A stretch of 64,000 nucleotides of DNA from Obrimoposthia wandeli (Eukaryota). Shown here piece by piece: positions 9,986-20,832 of this stretch. Location of the stretch: positions 124,001 through 188,000 of the forward strand of contig CDROCS010000122.1 in the NCBI GenBank assembly GCA_977020255.1, written 5' to 3'. How positions within the stretch are numbered: position 1 is the first letter of the stretch; every line of letters begins with the position of its first letter. A model generated the notes under the pieces. It saw nothing but the letters and a program-made list of their open reading frames with translations, had not been told where the DNA came from and did not search any database. A program made the translations under genes and the position numbers.

Positions 9986-10810
9986 TTAGTAATCGTCTAT
10001 TTCATCTAAATAGTCATCAAACTGTTCTTCATTTTCAGGCTCATCAACGGGAGTTTCGCCACCAGTCGCTCTGAAGTTTTTATGCTGGATATAAGCATCA
10101 CGAGTAAATACATAAGGATCAGGAGAATCTTCTAGCAGCGCTTCTTGTTTAACTAACGCTGCACGATCTTCCATGCCTTCAAATGCCCACTTACCTAAAC
10201 TCTGCCAAAACGAGAGTAAACTTAGTGGTAAATAAAGATCATCAGCAGCATCACCAACACCTTCACGTAAAGTTACGGGGCCATAAAACGGCACCATAAA
10301 ATATGGCCCATTACCCACACCGTAATAACCTAATGAGTCACCAAAAGCCCGACTGCTAGGGGGGGGAATATCAGCGGCAGAGGCAATATCGATCAAGCCT
10401 GCAATACCAAACACAGTATTAATCCAAAAACGGTTGAAATGAGCAACCGCATCTTGAGGATTTTGCATGATGAGGCTATTCACCATACTTGCTGGCTCAT
10501 CGAGGTTCGAAAAAAAGTTAGCAATACCTAACCGAACAGGATTGGGCGTGTAATCAACATATGCCAATGAAATAGGTCGAGCTAAATATGGGTCAAGGTA
10601 ATCATAATTTAAATCCCACATTACACGGTTGAACCCTTCTAATGGGTCATACACATCATTTACCGATTCGAATTCTTCAGCATTAATCTGTTCTGCAACA
10701 TTTGTTGCAACTGTTTCTTCTTCCTGATTCTCAGGCGTATCAGCACAACCAACGAGGCTAGCTGTAAGCAAAACAGAAAAAATAATATTCTTAGTCAAGT
10801 GGTTACTCAT
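9986..10810 (-). CDS. mlaA: MlaA/VacJ lipid asymmetry lipoprotein
   Basis: Lipobox SLVGC and motifs DPLEGFNR, RFWINTVFGIAGLID, FGDSLGYYGV, GPYFMVP. Start moved to ATG 10810. Confidence 0.92.
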   Translation of the reverse strand: MSNHLTKNIIFSVLLTASLVGCADTPENQEEETVATNVAEQINAEEFESVNDVYDPLEGFNRVMWDLNYDYLDPYLARPISLAYVDYTPNPVRLGIANFFSNLDEPASMVNSLIMQNPQDAVAHFNRFWINTVFGIAGLIDIASAADIPPPSSRAFGDSLGYYGVGNGPYFMVPFYGPVTLREGVGDAADDLYLPLSLLSFWQSLGKWAFEGMEDRAALVKQEALLEDSPDPYVFTRDAYIQHKNFRATGGETPVDEPENEEQFDDYLDEIDDY

Positions 10811-10816
10811 TGATAT

Positions 10817-10854
10817 AAAAAAAAGCAGGCTGGACAATGATATCCAGCCTGCTT
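10817..10854 (-). terminator. Intrinsic terminator after ccmI
   Basis: 12 bp stem AAGCAGGCTGGA/TCCAGCCTGCTT with a T run on the minus strand. Confidence 0.75.
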
Positions 10855-10874
10855 CATTTGTGCCAGTAATGTTA

Positions 10875-12143
10875 TTAATATTGTTTATTTATTGTCACAA
10901 TAGTAGAAGTACCTAACGATAATACATCACTTTGTCCGTACCAATCACCTTGCTTTGTCATCACATTTCCATCTGAATCGATTCGTGCTTTCACAATCAT
11001 TTCAGATAAAGACGACATCTTACGCTCTGGAATCATACTGTCTTTATCATCTAACGTTACCGTTATAGGGAACTGAGATGAAAGCGGTATACGACGAGCC
11101 GCAATCGGCATAGGTGCGCCATCTGCAGAATGAACTGAAAGAATAAGGAAACCTTGTGCCGGTAATAAGACAGCAGGATCGAGCGTAACATTAACCGTTA
11201 CACTGTCAGCTGGAACATCAACTACACTCACTTTATCAGTTACACTATCAGCTGAAACATCTACCGTACTCACTTTATCAATACGTGATTGTGCGCGCTC
11301 AATACTACGAGTCAACATATTTGCGCGCGGGTCATTCTCTCCAATGACATTCTTCATCATGGTCCAGTATGACACTGCCTGCTGGTACTCATTTCGCTCA
11401 AAAGCATCAAAGGCGAGTAATGACAATGCACGAACATCGCTTGGGTCGTACTTCACGACTGAACGCAGTATCTGGCGAGCAAAGTCACCTTGGTTAGGAT
11501 CACCAACCAACATAAGCGTTTGCGCGTAGCCTACCTTAATTTCAGGGTTGCTAGGATCAAGCTTATAAGCACGAAGCATTGCACCTTGCGACGTTTCAGC
11601 ATCACGGTTCGCCATGCCAATACGCCCCAGTAATAGCCAACCAGTCGCATCATTTGGGGTATCGTGCAAACGAGTACGCAAAGCCAGTGTTAAGTCATCC
11701 ATTTCTTGATCACTTAACGGTTCTGCATTTTGATCATCCATTAAACGCTTTGACAGGTCGGGTAAACGCGATACCGTCTCTTGCCAAGCTTCAACTTTAT
11801 TCAAGCTGCCCACGCTTAAGTACATGCCGTAACAGATGCCCACAAGTAAAATCAGACCAGGCAGCACCATTAATGGGCTAATTCCAACAGCTTGTTGTTT
11901 CGCCTGCAAAGGTACATCATCAAGTAATGACTGTTGCAGTTCAGAAACCAGTTCATCTTGATTAACAACCAAGCCTTCACTGTTTTCTTCCTCTAGCTCG
12001 CTAATACGATCTTTAAAGAAAGCTTTATTCAGTTCATCGCGGCTAGCTACATCGTCTTGTTCTTTCCCTTTGTACATAGGAATAACAAAAATAGCGCCTG
12101 CAATTAAAACCAAAATAACTGTTACAATCCAAAACAGTGTCAT
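10875..12143 (-). CDS. ccmI: Cytochrome c maturation TPR protein CcmI
   Basis: Two TM segments, TPR region (GWLLLGRIG, YAQTL, AVSYW), last gene of the ccm operon. Confidence 0.9.
   Translation of the reverse strand: MTLFWIVTVILVLIAGAIFVIPMYKGKEQDDVASRDELNKAFFKDRISELEEENSEGLVVNQDELVSELQQSLLDDVPLQAKQQAVGISPLMVLPGLILLVGICYGMYLSVGSLNKVEAWQETVSRLPDLSKRLMDDQNAEPLSDQEMDDLTLALRTRLHDTPNDATGWLLLGRIGMANRDAETSQGAMLRAYKLDPSNPEIKVGYAQTLMLVGDPNQGDFARQILRSVVKYDPSDVRALSLLAFDAFERNEYQQAVSYWTMMKNVIGENDPRANMLTRSIERAQSRIDKVSTVDVSADSVTDKVSVVDVPADSVTVNVTLDPAVLLPAQGFLILSVHSADGAPMPIAARRIPLSSQFPITVTLDDKDSMIPERKMSSLSEMIVKARIDSDGNVMTKQGDWYGQSDVLSLGTSTIVTINKQY
11197..11280. repeat. 42 bp in-frame tandem duplication in ccmI
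   Basis: Encodes DKVSTVDVSADSVT / DKVSVVDVPADSVT. Confidence 0.85.
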
Positions 12144-12667
12144 GATTTCACCTTACCGTTTTTATTCTGAGGGTGTTGCTCCGCTTTTTCTTGCTGTTCT
12201 ATCTCATTTAATAATTCTTTGAGACGTACTTCTTCATCTGCAGCCAGCTTAATTTTACTCTTCGCATCTTCAGTCTTACGTGAGCGAACAACTAACACAG
12301 TGAAACCAACAAGGATGAATAAGAAAGGCCCCATCCACAGAACTAAGGTAGAAGCCATCAACGGTGGATCATAGGTTACGAAGTTACCGTAACGTGCAAT
12401 CATGTAGTCAATGATTTCTTGTTTACTCTTGCCTTCTTCTAACATTTCAAACACTTTCTGGCGCATATCTTGCGCCAATGTTGCATTAGAATCGGCAATC
12501 GTATTGTTCTGGCACTTAGGGCAACGAAGAGTTGCTGTCAGATCTTGAAACGTTTTCTCTTCCTTAGCACTGTCAAACTTATAAACATCAATAGATGCTA
12601 AAGCAGGTAGTGCTGAAATAACGATTAAGCCAAAAGCAAAAAACATGGCAATCACACGTTTCATCAT
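12140..12667 (-). CDS. ccmH: Cytochrome c biogenesis protein CcmH
   Basis: LRCPKCQN motif and RYGNFV. Confidence 0.93.
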   Translation of the reverse strand: MMKRVIAMFFAFGLIVISALPALASIDVYKFDSAKEEKTFQDLTATLRCPKCQNNTIADSNATLAQDMRQKVFEMLEEGKSKQEIIDYMIARYGNFVTYDPPLMASTLVLWMGPFLFILVGFTVLVVRSRKTEDAKSKIKLAADEEVRLKELLNEIEQQEKAEQHPQNKNGKVKS

Positions 12668-13218
12668 CCTTTTGCTTCCTCTTGAAGTGCTTTGAACATT
12701 GGTTCTAATGTTTCAGCCCAGTTTCGCGGGTTTACATCACCAACATGACGATAACGAACAATACCTTTAGCATCGATAAGGAACGTTTCTGGTGCACCGT
12801 ATACACCTAAATCCATTCCTAACATACCGTTACCATCGAACAAGCTATGAATATAAGGGTTACCTAACTCATTAAGCCATTGAACGGCCTTTAGACGTTC
12901 GTCTTTGTAGTTCAAGCCAATAATCTTAACGCCTTGACCTGCTAATTCATTAAGGTATTTATGCTCGGCATAACAAGTAGGACACCACGTTGCCCATACA
13001 TTCAACAGTAGTGGTTCACCTTTAAAAATGTCTTGCTCGTAAAGTTTACCCGCTTCTACCAAGTCTTCTAGTTTAAAGTTTGGTACAGGTTTACCCACTA
13101 GCACAGATTCTAGTTTTGTCGGATCGTCACCATCGGCATTACGTGTAAGTTGAATAATGAAAACAACAGCTAACGCTAAAAACAACGCCAAAGGTATAAA
13201 TAAAATTTTCTTATTCAT
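12664..13218 (-). CDS. dsbE: Thiol:disulfide oxidoreductase CcmG/DsbE
   Basis: WATWCPTC and GVYGAPETF. Confidence 0.95.
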   Translation of the reverse strand: MNKKILFIPLALFLALAVVFIIQLTRNADGDDPTKLESVLVGKPVPNFKLEDLVEAGKLYEQDIFKGEPLLLNVWATWCPTCYAEHKYLNELAGQGVKIIGLNYKDERLKAVQWLNELGNPYIHSLFDGNGMLGMDLGVYGAPETFLIDAKGIVRYRHVGDVNPRNWAETLEPMFKALQEEAKG

Positions 13219-15199
13219 TCGTTACCTCTGCTTGCTTAGCTGTTGACCCTGTTTTCTCACTCGCTTTTTTACGAAAACGGTAGCGCTTATCACTGATTGC
13301 AATTGCACCACCAAGCCCCATTAATGCGGCACCAAACCAGATCCAATTAATAAACGGTTTGTAGTAAATACGCACAGCCCAAGCGTGATCATCCAGTTTC
13401 TCACCCATCGCAACATACAGGTCGCGGGTAACACCACTATCAATCGCCGCTTCAGTCATCATTGACCCAGTAGTACTGTAGAAGCGTTTCTCAGCATGTA
13501 ATGTCGTTACCGACTTACCATTACGCGTAACAGTGAAGTCTGCAATGTAACCATCGTAGTTTGGTCCATCGGCATCACGTAAGCCGTCAAAGTAGAAATC
13601 GTAACCTTGAACTTGCGTTGTTTCACCAGGTGCTAAACGAACATCACGTTCTAGATCGTAATTCGAGACTAATGTTATACCGATAACCGATACCGCTAGA
13701 CCCATATGGCCCAATATCATTGCCCAATGACTGCGACCCAGTTTACCGACCCCCTTCAGGAAGGTATGGCGGTGCGTTGCACGTTGATATAACTCAAAAC
13801 CGTGCATTGTGACGATCCAAATAGACATTGTTAAACCAAGTACAGCCATTGGTTCTAGTGAATCAGTAAAAATGGCAATACATGCAAAGGCTAAAGGTAA
13901 CGTTATTGCACCAGAAATCAGCATTGGTTTACGTACATTAGCGACTTCGTCGCGCTTCCAACGAACCAACGGACCAATACCTAAAAGAAAGGCAAACGGA
14001 ATCATTAACCATGTAAACAAAGTATTAAAGAAAGGCACACCAATAGAGACTGAACCTAAACCAATTTGCTTGTGCACTAATGGTAGTAATGTACCGATAA
14101 GTACCACTAACAATGCTGCTATTAACAAAATGTTATTTGAAAGCAGTAAGTTTTCACGGGAGAACAAACTGTAACTACCGCGTGATTTAATTTTGCCGCC
14201 TCGTAAAGCGTACAGTAGTAATGAACCACCAATAACAACGATCAAAAAGCCTAGAATAAACATGCCACGAGCCGGATCTGACGCAAAAGCGTGAACCGAG
14301 ACTAAAACACCAGAACGAACTAAGAACGTACCTAATAAGCTTAAAGAGAAAGCTGAAATAGCTAATAAAACGGTCCACGCTTTAAACGTGCCACGTTTCT
14401 CGGTAACCGCTAATGAGTGCATTAACGCTGTACCCGCCAACCAAGGCATGAAAGATGCGTTTTCTACTGGATCCCAGAACCACCAGCCACCCCAGCCAAG
14501 TTCATAGTAAGCCCACCACGAACCTAGCGCGATACCTACGGTTAAAAATGACCATGCTGCAATTGTCCAAGGGCGAGACCAACGCGCCCATGCAGTATCA
14601 AGACGACCAGTCATTAATGAAGCAATAGCAAAAGAGAAGGCAACAGAGAAACCCACGTATCCCATGTAAAGCATAGGAGGGTGAATAATCAAACCAGGAT
14701 CTTGCAGAAGAGGGTTAAGATCGCGACCATCGACAGGGAAATAAGGCAGCGTACGTAAAAATGGGTTAGAGGTAACAATGATAAACAGTAGGAAACCCAC
14801 TGAAATCATACCCATAATAGCCAAAACACGCGCTACAGATTCGAGAGGCATATCGCGGCTAAAGCGCGCAACCGCTGCAGCCCAACCAGCTTGAATCAAC
14901 ACCCATAATAGAAGAGAACCTTCGTGCCCACCCCATACGGCCGTAACTCGGTAATACCAAGGCAACAAGCTGTTTGAATTACTCGCGACATATGTCACCG
15001 TAAAATCATTCGTATAGAAAGACCAGCACAAGGCAAAAAACGACAATACCAGCATGCCGAAAGCACCGTATGACAGCGGTCGTGCCATACGCATCATTGG
15101 CTGGTTACCAATAGAGGCCCCATACAATGGATAGATGCTGGCCAAAGCTGATAGCCCCAACGCAACAATAAGGGCAAATTGCCCTATTTCAGGAATCAT
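13211..15199 (-). CDS. ccmF: Heme lyase CcmF
   Basis: WGGHEGS, HPPMLY and [12 protein letters not shown]. Confidence 0.97.
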   Translation of the reverse strand: MIPEIGQFALIVALGLSALASIYPLYGASIGNQPMMRMARPLSYGAFGMLVLSFFALCWSFYTNDFTVTYVASNSNSLLPWYYRVTAVWGGHEGSLLLWVLIQAGWAAAVARFSRDMPLESVARVLAIMGMISVGFLLFIIVTSNPFLRTLPYFPVDGRDLNPLLQDPGLIIHPPMLYMGYVGFSVAFSFAIASLMTGRLDTAWARWSRPWTIAAWSFLTVGIALGSWWAYYELGWGGWWFWDPVENASFMPWLAGTALMHSLAVTEKRGTFKAWTVLLAISAFSLSLLGTFLVRSGVLVSVHAFASDPARGMFILGFLIVVIGGSLLLYALRGGKIKSRGSYSLFSRENLLLSNNILLIAALLVVLIGTLLPLVHKQIGLGSVSIGVPFFNTLFTWLMIPFAFLLGIGPLVRWKRDEVANVRKPMLISGAITLPLAFACIAIFTDSLEPMAVLGLTMSIWIVTMHGFELYQRATHRHTFLKGVGKLGRSHWAMILGHMGLAVSVIGITLVSNYDLERDVRLAPGETTQVQGYDFYFDGLRDADGPNYDGYIADFTVTRNGKSVTTLHAEKRFYSTTGSMMTEAAIDSGVTRDLYVAMGEKLDDHAWAVRIYYKPFINWIWFGAALMGLGGAIAISDKRYRFRKKASEKTGSTAKQAEVTNE

Positions 15200-15681
15200 T
15201 GAACCTTACCTTGTGTTTGTTCATCTGAGTATTGAAGAGGCTCATGCGTCTTCTTCATCGCTTCAGCAATTTCAGGAGGCATATATTCTTCATCGTGTTT
15301 TGCTAACACTTCATGCGCTTCAATCGTTGTAGGGTTAACCAACACACCTTGAGCAACAATGCCCTGCCCTTCACGGAATAGATCAGGCAAAATACCGTTA
15401 TAGGTAATTGTGACAGCTGGACCGACATCAGCAACATCAAATCTAACGATTAATGACTGAGGGTCACGCTTTACAGACCCTTCAACCACCATACCGCCAA
15501 TTCGTAATCGTTGACCGACCTCTGGCTTAGTACCGTCTGGTTTACCCTGCACTAACTCTGTTGGTGTATAAAATAAATCCATATTTTGGCTTAATGCGTA
15601 AAGCATTAGACCAATGGTTGAGCCAAGGCCAAAGACAAGCGCTACAGCTAACGTCAGGCGCTTTTTACGTCTAGGATTCAT
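15196..15681 (-). CDS. ccmE: Heme chaperone CcmE
   Basis: [10 protein letters not shown] and VLAKHDEEY. Confidence 0.97.
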   Translation of the reverse strand: MNPRRKKRLTLAVALVFGLGSTIGLMLYALSQNMDLFYTPTELVQGKPDGTKPEVGQRLRIGGMVVEGSVKRDPQSLIVRFDVADVGPAVTITYNGILPDLFREGQGIVAQGVLVNPTTIEAHEVLAKHDEEYMPPEIAEAMKKTHEPLQYSDEQTQGKVQ

Positions 15682-15884
15682 AATGTATTCTCCAATTTTT
15701 TCGCTTCTTCAATTCGTTGTTCTCGAGCCATTTTATTATGTATATCCGCCATTAGGCGCTTTCTTCTATTTAGGCTCGACAATAAAACCCATAGTAATGC
15801 GACAGTTGAAATTCCGTATGCACTCCATACATAGGGCGCATACCCTCCCATCGCTAAAAAATCACTGAATGATTCAAAATGCAT
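15678..15884 (-). CDS. ccmD: Heme exporter protein D
   Basis: [13 protein letters not shown]; small membrane protein between ccmC and ccmE. Confidence 0.92.
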   Translation of the reverse strand: MHFESFSDFLAMGGYAPYVWSAYGISTVALLWVLLSSLNRRKRLMADIHNKMAREQRIEEAKKLENTL

Positions 15885-15891
15885 ATTGGCC

Positions 15892-16623
15892 TCACTTCAC
15901 TAAGTTACGTACCCAAGGTCGATGACTTTCACGGGCAATAATTTCATTACGTAGACGTACTAACGTCACAGCACCAAAGAAACATCCGAAACCAATCACA
16001 TTGATCAGTAAAGGCCAGAGCATGCTGGAATCCATTGATGGCTTATCAAATTTACTAATCGTTGCACCTTGGTGCAGTGTATTCCACCACTCAACCGAGT
16101 AGTGAATAATCGGTAGGTTAATCACGCCGACAATCGCTAAAATACCCGCCGCTTTAGCCGCTGTTTTTTGATCATCAAACGCACTATAAAGCGCAATAAC
16201 ACCAAGATATAAGAAAAGAAGAATGAGTTCTGATGTTAAACGTGCATCCCATACCCACCAAGCACCCCACATAGGTTTACCCCAGATAGCGCCAGTTAAT
16301 AAGGCTATAAAAGTAAAAACAGCGCCAATAGGCGCCATAGCTGCAGCAGCCATATCAGACATCTTCACTTGCCATACCAGACCAATAAATGCAGCAATGG
16401 CCATTGATAAATATGCCCCCATCGACAACATTGCAGCAGGTACATGTAAGTAGATGATACGGAAACTATCACCTTGCTGATAATCCGTCGGTGCGAACAT
16501 TAACCCCCATATAGACCCTATAATCAGGGAAGAAAAGGCTATGATAGAAAACCATGGTAATAGCTTGCCGCATAAACGGTAGCAATTTTCAGCTTTAGCG
16601 TAGGGATGTAACCACTTCCACAT
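15892..16623 (-). CDS. ccmC: Heme exporter protein C
   Basis: WGKPMWGAWWVWDARLT and IHYSVEWWNTLHQ. Confidence 0.97.
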   Translation of the reverse strand: MWKWLHPYAKAENCYRLCGKLLPWFSIIAFSSLIIGSIWGLMFAPTDYQQGDSFRIIYLHVPAAMLSMGAYLSMAIAAFIGLVWQVKMSDMAAAAMAPIGAVFTFIALLTGAIWGKPMWGAWWVWDARLTSELILLFLYLGVIALYSAFDDQKTAAKAAGILAIVGVINLPIIHYSVEWWNTLHQGATISKFDKPSMDSSMLWPLLINVIGFGCFFGAVTLVRLRNEIIARESHRPWVRNLVK

Positions 16624-16788
16624 AAGTCCACTCTATTCAGTTTATAGTTGTAAGTACGTTGAAATCTAGACGCATTTTTCATGCTGAGGGCCAAAAGATA
16701 AATACCTCTGTTTGGGTATTTATACTTCTGATTCATCATTCATTGTCTTTGCTCAATAAATGGTTCTCCCTCATAAATTCAATATTTG

Positions 16789-17457
16789 CTAGTTCACACT
16801 TATACGCAAAGATGCCGCGACTGCAAAAGGAGATAACGTTGCCGAACCAACCAACATTGCCCCCATTAACGCGAGTTGTCCATTATATGGCATACCTAAA
16901 CTTGCTGCTTCAATCGCTGAGGTTGCAAAAATAAGTACGGGTATATAGAGCGGTAAGATCAGAAGGCTCAATAAAACACCACCTTTTCTCAAACCAACCG
17001 TTAGTGCTACACCAATGGCACCTAAAAAGCTCAATGTGGGTGTACCAATAAGTAATGTCAGTACGACCGCTTTCCAAGTCACCCAATCTAACGACAATAA
17101 AATCGCTAACAGTGGGCTAATAATCAATAAAGGCACACCCGTTAATAACCAATGCGCGATCATTTTTGCTAACGCTAATGCGGGTAAAGGCGTAGGCATT
17201 AGTAACATTTGCTCTAGCGAACCGTCGACAAAATCATCACGAAATAAACGCTCTAGCGATAACAATGCCGCCAGTAATGCAGCAACCCATACGATGCCTG
17301 GCGCAATACGCGCTAATAAATTAGGCTCTGGACCAACGCTTAACGGAAATAGCGTAATAACGATGATGAAGAACCACAGTGGGTTGAATACGTCAGCTTG
17401 ACGACGAAACGCGATAAGTAATTCACGTCGTACCACTTGAGTAATAGCTTTTATCAT
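16789..17457 (-). CDS. ccmB: Heme exporter permease B
   Basis: LFRDDFVDGSLEQ and LPLYIPVLIF. Confidence 0.96.
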   Translation of the reverse strand: MIKAITQVVRRELLIAFRRQADVFNPLWFFIIVITLFPLSVGPEPNLLARIAPGIVWVAALLAALLSLERLFRDDFVDGSLEQMLLMPTPLPALALAKMIAHWLLTGVPLLIISPLLAILLSLDWVTWKAVVLTLLIGTPTLSFLGAIGVALTVGLRKGGVLLSLLILPLYIPVLIFATSAIEAASLGMPYNGQLALMGAMLVGSATLSPFAVAASLRISVN

Positions 17458-17462
17458 CCTTG

Positions 17463-18113
17463 TTACTGCCCTAGCTTGATTTTTCGTAAATGGTTGCTGT
17501 CTGCAAACATGTCTTGGTGTGTAGTGAGTAAAACAATACCCCCTCGTTCTACATGAGAAAGAAACAGGCTTTCTAACACTTTTACACCTTGTTTATCAAT
17601 GGCAGTAAGGGGTTCATCAAGAATCCATAACTTATGGTTACTAATCCATAACCTTGCAAGTGCAACACGCCGTTGTTGCCCCGCAGATAATTGCCCAGCA
17701 AGCACATCTTCACGCCCAGCAAGACCGACTTGTGCTAGCGCCAGCCATAAGCTTTCATCACCAAGCACGGGGGGCGTTCCACTCATGTCTTGGTCAATAC
17801 TTTCATTATGCATGGCTTGAAAGAATGCTAAATTTTCGTAAGCTGTCAGCTCGCGCTTCACACCGGTTTGGTGCCCTAAAAATAACAAGTCTTGATAATA
17901 ATCTTCACGAGCAGACTCAATATTTTCACTTTTCCAGCATACCTGCCCACTATCAGCACGCCCTAAGCCAGCAATAATTCTTAATAAGGTCGTTTTACCG
18001 GCACCGTTGTGACCTTCGACCTGAATGAGTTCTCCAGAAGAAATCGTAAAACTCAAATTATCAAATAATACTCGTTCATCGCGAACACAACTTAGCTTTT
18101 CTACTGACAGCAT
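17463..18113 (-). CDS. ccmA: Heme exporter ATP-binding protein A
   Basis: Walker [17 protein letters not shown] and LDEP. Confidence 0.96.
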   Translation of the reverse strand: MLSVEKLSCVRDERVLFDNLSFTISSGELIQVEGHNGAGKTTLLRIIAGLGRADSGQVCWKSENIESAREDYYQDLLFLGHQTGVKRELTAYENLAFFQAMHNESIDQDMSGTPPVLGDESLWLALAQVGLAGREDVLAGQLSAGQQRRVALARLWISNHKLWILDEPLTAIDKQGVKVLESLFLSHVERGGIVLLTTHQDMFADSNHLRKIKLGQ

Positions 18114-18342
18114 ATGAAATGATGCATCCTAAGTGACACAATTAATCCCGCATATTACCACATAGGTCTTCATTTTAGTTAGACGCTGCGTTGCATATAT
18201 TTCGTATAAATCTAAGTAAATGTGATGTGGGTACACATCTTTTCCCCCACAGCAGTCTCTACAGTAAAAAACATCCAAATAAATAGACAACAGCAAACTC
18301 AAAAAGTGAACTTTTATTCTACATCTCAATCGGTTAACGTTA

Positions 18343-18363
18343 ATGCAATATGCAATATGCAAT
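18343..18363. repeat. (ATGCAAT)x3 direct repeat upstream of ccmA
   Basis: Read directly from the sequence. Confidence 0.7.
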
Positions 18364-18648
18364 TTAAACAACGACTTAATTTACGTATTCAAATGCAAAA
18401 GCAACAAGAAACATTCCTTACACTTACTGACATAAATTGCGAATTAAGGTACTTGCCATGAGGTACTAGTACATCATTTATGTCTTTTTAAAACAGTTAT
18501 ACTCACTCAATACCGCAATAAATTCCTATTAAAATATTAGCGTAAAATCAATTTATTTGAATACAAAACAAGAAAGTCCTAAAAATAATAATTCAGCTAC
18601 TCACGTGGATATTCGTTGAACCCTGAACTTAACATTTCGCTATAAACG

Positions 18649-18677
18649 AAAAAACCCCTTCCAGATGGAAGGGGTTT
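18649..18677 (-). terminator. Terminator of the che operon
   Basis: AAACCCCTTCCA-GA-TGGAAGGGGTTT with a T run on the minus strand. Confidence 0.8.
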
Positions 18678-18728
18678 CAATTATTCGTATCACATTAATG
18701 TTCGCTATCAATGAGTCATTAGATGCGA

Positions 18729-19163
18729 TTATCTACGCCTTGGTGGTGCCATTTTCTGCTGAAGCCGAAGCAGTAATTCTGCTTCCGCTTTAGGTAAATC
18801 ACATTCTTGCATGAGCTCATTAACATCAGCACCCAGCTCAACCATTTTACTGGCTCGGCTATAGAGCTTGCCTTCAGGATCTTGCATCGCCATCTCACCT
18901 TGTCGATCTGAAAGATCTTCAAGCTGCTGTGCCATATCTGCCATCTTTTGGCTCATGCCCATCGTACCAGCACGCAATTCGTTAAATTGTTTAGAAAAGC
19001 TTTCTTGCTGTTGACGGGCATTTTTTAGCACCACTTCAATCGCTGAAAATTTCATTTCTAACGCTTTACGAGCAGTACGCTCTCGAAGAACCATGACAAT
19101 CGCAAAAATGATTGCAACTAGCGAGAACACAACAGGTAGCCAAAGCATAATCTGGCTAAGCAT
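18729..19163 (-). CDS. DUF2802-domain membrane-anchored protein
   Basis: N-terminal TM segment, coiled coil and C-terminal LYSRASKMVELGADVNELMQECDLPKAEAELL; typical position after cheW. Confidence 0.85.
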   Translation of the reverse strand: MLSQIMLWLPVVFSLVAIIFAIVMVLRERTARKALEMKFSAIEVVLKNARQQQESFSKQFNELRAGTMGMSQKMADMAQQLEDLSDRQGEMAMQDPEGKLYSRASKMVELGADVNELMQECDLPKAEAELLLRLQQKMAPPRRR

Positions 19164-19657
19164 TATAAGTATGCCATCTCATCCCATTCGTCATCTGATA
19201 ATAATTTATTCAGATCAACGAGAATAAGTAGCTCTCCGTCACGGTTACTTACGCCTTGAATGAATTTCGAGCTCTCTTCCGTACCAACACTCGGCGTACT
19301 ATCAATTTCAGAGCTACGTAGATAAACGACTTCCGCGACGCTATCGACTAAAATGCCAATCACTTGCTTGTCAGCTTCAATAATCACAATACGGGTATTA
19401 TCAGAAATTTCACCCGGCATTAAACCAAAGCGAGAACGCGTATCTATCACTGTGACAACATTGCCACGTAAATTAATAATACCTATAACATAATCAGGGG
19501 CACCGGGTACTGGCGCGATTTCTGAATAACGCAATACTTCACGTACCTGCATTACATTAATACCATAGGTTTCTGATTCCAACTGGAAAGTAACCCACTG
19601 TAAAACTTGATCGGTGCCGTCTTCTTTTTGGATCTCGGCTACGCTAACCTGCGACAT
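19163..19657 (-). CDS. cheW: Chemotaxis coupling protein CheW
   Basis: GIINLRGNVVTVID; start moved to ATG 19657. Confidence 0.95.
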   Translation of the reverse strand: MSQVSVAEIQKEDGTDQVLQWVTFQLESETYGINVMQVREVLRYSEIAPVPGAPDYVIGIINLRGNVVTVIDTRSRFGLMPGEISDNTRIVIIEADKQVIGILVDSVAEVVYLRSSEIDSTPSVGTEESSKFIQGVSNRDGELLILVDLNKLLSDDEWDEMAYL

Positions 19658-19680
19658 ATTGTTTCCTTTTAGTCTCACGT

Positions 19681-20832
19681 TCATACAACACTCTTAACAT
19701 CTAACCCCTCGTTTAACATCGAGATGAGAGCATTAACATGAATTAGAGCACACATTTTTTCTTTAACCATACCGGCAAGCCAAGGGCGTTTTCCCGCCTT
19801 CTCCCTCCACCGAACACTTTGTGAAGTCAGAACTTCAGTTCCATGGAGCTTATCACAAGCCAAACCCCATTTACTGTCACCTAACATCACGATATAACTA
19901 AAATTATCTTTATAATCGTCATTTTGTAGTTTATCTGCCATCACCCAACGAGCAGTATCAACCACATCGAATTGCTGCTCTTTGCTGGTGAGTAAGCCAA
20001 GATACCAAGCTGGTCGCCCCATTAGATGGTTTAAATCCATCATTTGGTGGATACCACCAAGCTCTGTCAATGCCACCGCAAAGGTAACACCACACACTTC
20101 AAAAAATAACGCTTGAAACTTTTGTTCTTTATCTAATTGTTGCCATTGCTCTGGTGGTTGCTCACCCCCCGCTTCCATTTGAGCAGCAACCTCTGTTTTT
20201 GTATCTGTATCTTTATCTGTATTTATGCCCGCTGTTTCAGATATTGATTCACTTATGACTACGTCAATATCATCAGAGGCTGTACATTGCGTATCTTGTT
20301 GTGTCGCCGTCAGTGATTCTGTGTCGACCTCTGCGGTACTGACACGCTCTTCAACCTCAACCACCTCAGTCTCAGTCTCAGTCTCAGAGTCTGTCGAGAT
20401 CGATGTCATTTGACTCAACAATCGCTGAACACTATTCAACTCTGCAAAATTTTCGTCACACGCTGCCTCTTCATCAAAAGCTCGTGGTGATTCAGGTAAT
20501 GCCTGCTCACTAAGACTTGCAGGTTGTGCTTTTATGGCGAGCACTGCTTCAGGCTCTGGTCTAGATGATGATGTCCAATCTAGCCCTTGATGGGCTTTTT
20601 TCGACCAGCGATCTACATCAGCTAAAATAGGTTGTTCGGCTAAAGGAGAAGGTGCTGACTCTAATTGAGTATCAGTATCATGATTTCTCGATTCTGCCAA
20701 TTGCCCAAAATCAAACGGAATACTGGTTTCATCAGAAGCTACTTCATCTTCAACAACAGAAGACTCTACCAGTAAATCATTAAAATAATCATCCAGCGCT
20801 TGTTCACTGGATAAACGACTTTTATCGTTCAT
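19681..20832 (-). CDS. CheW-domain protein with long acidic N-terminus (ParP-like)
   Basis: C-terminal CheW-like domain (FQALFFEV...KRPWLAGMVKEKMCALI); follows the ParA-like gene as in Vibrio parC-parP. Confidence 0.8.
   Translation of the reverse strand: MNDKSRLSSEQALDDYFNDLLVESSVVEDEVASDETSIPFDFGQLAESRNHDTDTQLESAPSPLAEQPILADVDRWSKKAHQGLDWTSSSRPEPEAVLAIKAQPASLSEQALPESPRAFDEEAACDENFAELNSVQRLLSQMTSISTDSETETETEVVEVEERVSTAEVDTESLTATQQDTQCTASDDIDVVISESISETAGINTDKDTDTKTEVAAQMEAGGEQPPEQWQQLDKEQKFQALFFEVCGVTFAVALTELGGIHQMMDLNHLMGRPAWYLGLLTSKEQQFDVVDTARWVMADKLQNDDYKDNFSYIVMLGDSKWGLACDKLHGTEVLTSQSVRWREKAGKRPWLAGMVKEKMCALIHVNALISMLNEGLDVKSVV
20365..20387. repeat. (CTCAGT)n in-frame hexamer microsatellite encoding an ET run
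   Basis: About 3.8 copies; protein TETETETE. Confidence 0.75.

Noticed and set aside
18221-18238. TGTGA...ACACA as a CRP site upstream of ccmA
   Set aside because: Spacing is N7 rather than N6 and the second half-site is poor.
18129-18461. ORFs 18129-18371 (-) and 18222-18461 (+) in the ccmA upstream region
   Set aside because: AT-rich, no SD, no motif and mutually overlapping; likely chance ORFs.
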